NCBI GenBank assembly: GCA_044374195.1 | Contig: JBILOY010000007.1 | Coordinates: forward strand, 11,864-75,863 | Length of the DNA stretch: 64,000 bases | Direction of reading: 5' to 3' | Source: Candidatus Nanopelagicales bacterium | GTDB taxonomy: Bacteria > Actinomycetota > Actinomycetes > S36-B12 | In this document: positions 62,072 to 64,000 of the stretch, piece after piece | Numbering within the stretch: position 1 is the stretch's first letter | How the letters are laid out: each line of letters starts with the position of its first letter | Notes under the pieces: generated by a model | Told to the model about the DNA's origin: nothing | Databases searched by the model: none | The model's input: only the letters and a program-made list of their open reading frames with translations | Made by a program: the position numbers and the translations under genes

Positions 62072-62814
62072 CAGGTCTCGTCTCCCCGGCTCTGATTCGG
62101 CTTCTTCAGCACCGTCGCAACAAGGGCGAGGCTTGCTCGGCCCAGATACAGGGCCGACCAGAGCGCATTTTTGCTGGGGCGCCCGATCGCTCGGTAATAC
62201 ATCGTGACCGGAGCCTCGTCGATGACAAGCCCATGGCGGATTGCGATGGAGAGCGAGCCGACCGTGTCGCCGAGGTACTCAGCCGGGTAGTTCACTGCAA
62301 AAAGATCGATGGCCTTCGGGCCGGCAGACCGAAAGCCCGAGGTCGGATCACTGATCTTCGCCTTGTTCATCCGACTGAGAGCCTTCGAGAGCAGCACCAT
62401 TGCCCAGCGGCGCGGACCGCCCACGAAGTACATGGAATTCGGATGAAAGCGGGTGCCCACGACGATGTCCGCGCCGTCGAGACCCACGAGGAGCCGCTCA
62501 AGATCAGCAGGGTCGTGCTGACCGTCAGCGTCCACCTGAACGAGGCCCTGGTAGCCCTCACGCTTGGCATAAAGGAAGGCCGTTCGCATTGCCCCACCGA
62601 CACCCACGTTGAAGGGGAGGGAGACCACTGCCGCACCGGCCGCGGCCGCGACGTCGGCCGTCTCGTCGGTCGACCCGTCATTCACGACCAGGATGCCGGC
62701 CTGAGGGAGGTGCTCCTTAACCTTGCCAATGACATCGGCGATTGAGCCTTCCTCATTCCAGGCGGGGATGGCGATGAGCACCCGCGAGGAATCCATGGGT
62801 CCACGGTAGTCCAC
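62071..62814 (-). CDS. GT2 family glycosyltransferase (partner of DUF2304)
   Basis: 247 aa. Motifs seen: VLIAIPAWNEEGSIADVI, LVVNDGSTDETA, VQVDADGQHDP. Confidence 0.85.
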   Translation of the reverse strand: MDYRGPMDSSRVLIAIPAWNEEGSIADVIGKVKEHLPQAGILVVNDGSTDETADVAAAAGAAVVSLPFNVGVGGAMRTAFLYAKREGYQGLVQVDADGQHDPADLERLLVGLDGADIVVGTRFHPNSMYFVGGPRRWAMVLLSKALSRMNKAKISDPTSGFRSAGPKAIDLFAVNYPAEYLGDTVGSLSIAIRHGLVIDEAPVTMYYRAIGRPSKNALWSALYLGRASLALVATVLKKPNQSRGDET

Positions 62815-62848
62815 GGGCGATCTATTCCTTCGGTAGTGAGGCGCGCGG

Positions 62849-63982
62849 CTAGCGGCTCAGCGAATGAGCGACAGCCGCCGTGAAGTCACGCCAGGTCGGG
62901 ATGCTCTCAGGCGCTAGTTCCTCCGCGAGATCAATCGCGGAGGCCGAAGCGAAAGCGCGAGACATCTCATCCGTGCCACCTGTCGATAGCTGACGGGCAC
63001 CTCGACCCTCCATGATCTCGCCCGCTGGCTGGACTCCGTCGTAGATCACTGGAGTGCCAAGGCGAATCGCCTCGAGAACCGGGATGCCGTAGCCCTCGAT
63101 CCCGATCGAGAGGAACACGTCAGCGCGGTGCAGCTCGTCGTAAACCAGCGCGTCATCGGCGTGGGTGATCCAGGTGACGGGGAGACGCTCCTCGATAGCC
63201 GCTGCGATGGTGTCGTTGATCGACTGGTCTGAAGCTGAGGGCTTTCCAATGAAGACAAGCTCGGCGTTGGCGCCTTGCGCGATCGCCCGGCGGAAGCCCG
63301 CGAGGATCTCAACCGGCTGCTTGCGCGCCTCGAGGGTGCCAAGGCGTAGGAAGCGCACTGGAGCACCTTCTTCTCGCACCCTTGGCACGCGAACCGCGAT
63401 GTGATCGCCTCCGGGGTGGGCAACGATCGTGGTCTTGCGCAGATCGCGACGCAGCCGACCGGTGATCTCGTCGGCGGCGTAGTCGCTGATACAGATAACC
63501 GAATCGACGCGAGTGAGGTGACGGAAGTATTCACTTACCCACGAGGCAGTGCCGGGAACGAATCGGTAGTTCGCCGGCTGAGTCATCGGCAGGGTGTCGT
63601 AGCCGATCATCGCCGTCGGCATGCAGCGTTCAAAGATCTCCAGGCGCTGAAGCACGCTGGGCAGGTAAGAGACCTCAGGAAGCAGCCAGCCGTCGTGAAC
63701 AGCGAGCAGCTCACCGAGCTGCACGCGGACTGTGACCGTCTCGGCGAGATACGCATTCACCAGATCGCGAAGGTCTGTCTCCGGGTCGCGCGGCGCGAAG
63801 GGCAGGGCGAGCAGGCCGGTGGCCTCCTCGGGTGTAAGCAGGCCGAAGCCACCTTCGAAGGGCACAACAAAGGATGCAGGCACATCCGCTGGCCAGTTCA
63901 GCGCGAGCTGATGAAGCACGCGCTGAATGCCCGTGCCGTACGGGTCAGTCACGAACTGCTCAATGTCGACGCCGAGGGTCAA
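62849..63982 (-). CDS. GT4/GT-B family glycosyltransferase
   Basis: 377 aa. The opening is MTLGVDIEQFVTDPYGTGIQRVLHQLALNW. The C-terminal motif is ADVFLSIGIEGYGIPVLEAIRLGTPVIYDG (EX7E-like). Confidence 0.8.
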   Translation of the reverse strand: MTLGVDIEQFVTDPYGTGIQRVLHQLALNWPADVPASFVVPFEGGFGLLTPEEATGLLALPFAPRDPETDLRDLVNAYLAETVTVRVQLGELLAVHDGWLLPEVSYLPSVLQRLEIFERCMPTAMIGYDTLPMTQPANYRFVPGTASWVSEYFRHLTRVDSVICISDYAADEITGRLRRDLRKTTIVAHPGGDHIAVRVPRVREEGAPVRFLRLGTLEARKQPVEILAGFRRAIAQGANAELVFIGKPSASDQSINDTIAAAIEERLPVTWITHADDALVYDELHRADVFLSIGIEGYGIPVLEAIRLGTPVIYDGVQPAGEIMEGRGARQLSTGGTDEMSRAFASASAIDLAEELAPESIPTWRDFTAAVAHSLSR

Positions 63983-64000
63983 GATGAGTCAGCTCCTTCC

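Noticed and set aside
1-64000. CRISPR arrays, rRNA/tRNA genes, toxin-antitoxin or phage-defence cassettes
   Set aside because: No regularly spaced direct repeats, no structured RNA gene signatures and no nuclease, helicase or ATPase defence-type ORFs were seen. Every long ORF is accounted for by glycan-related enzymes or membrane proteins.

Overview
This is high-GC, actinobacterial-looking DNA that is almost fully coding, with about 52 CDS. I saw no rRNA, tRNA, CRISPR array, transposase or integrase. The whole window reads as one very large cell-envelope glycan biosynthesis and decoration supercluster.

Contents:
- 8 clear GT2 and 3 clear GT4 glycosyltransferases.
- Several atypical GT candidates: CgeB-like, KpsS/KpsC-like Capsule_synth, fucosyltransferase-like, GT25-like, HlpA-like GT-A and DUF6492-like.
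- 13 large polytopic GT-C-like membrane proteins.
- An AT3-SGNH O-acyltransferase, a fused MsbA-type ABC exporter and a UDP-xylose synthase.
- A pseudaminic-acid-type nonulosonic acid module: PseB, an RmlD-like reductase, a NeuB/PseI-like synthase, an SpsF-like cytidylyltransferase, a class-III aminotransferase and an aldo-keto reductase.
- A tailoring block: a DUF4910 aminopeptidase-like protein, methyltransferases and a PhyH dioxygenase.
- Two secreted proteins at the left edge.

Most notable observations:
1. A lower-GC island at about 18.8-35.1 kb carries its own polyprenyl-phosphate amino-sugar module and five GT-C-like proteins. It has no visible mobility genes.
2. The wecE-like aminotransferase inside that island is broken by a frameshifting internal deletion near 26.25 kb.
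3. The nonulosonic-acid gene set is non-canonical, and a KpsS/KpsC-like protein elsewhere in the locus is a candidate CMP-ulosonic-acid transferase.
4. The architecture is unusually fragmented, with about 21 strand switches. Many convergent and divergent junctions are overlapping or nearly gapless, which hints at leaderless transcription.

All family calls come from reading the translations against remembered family motifs. No database search was run.
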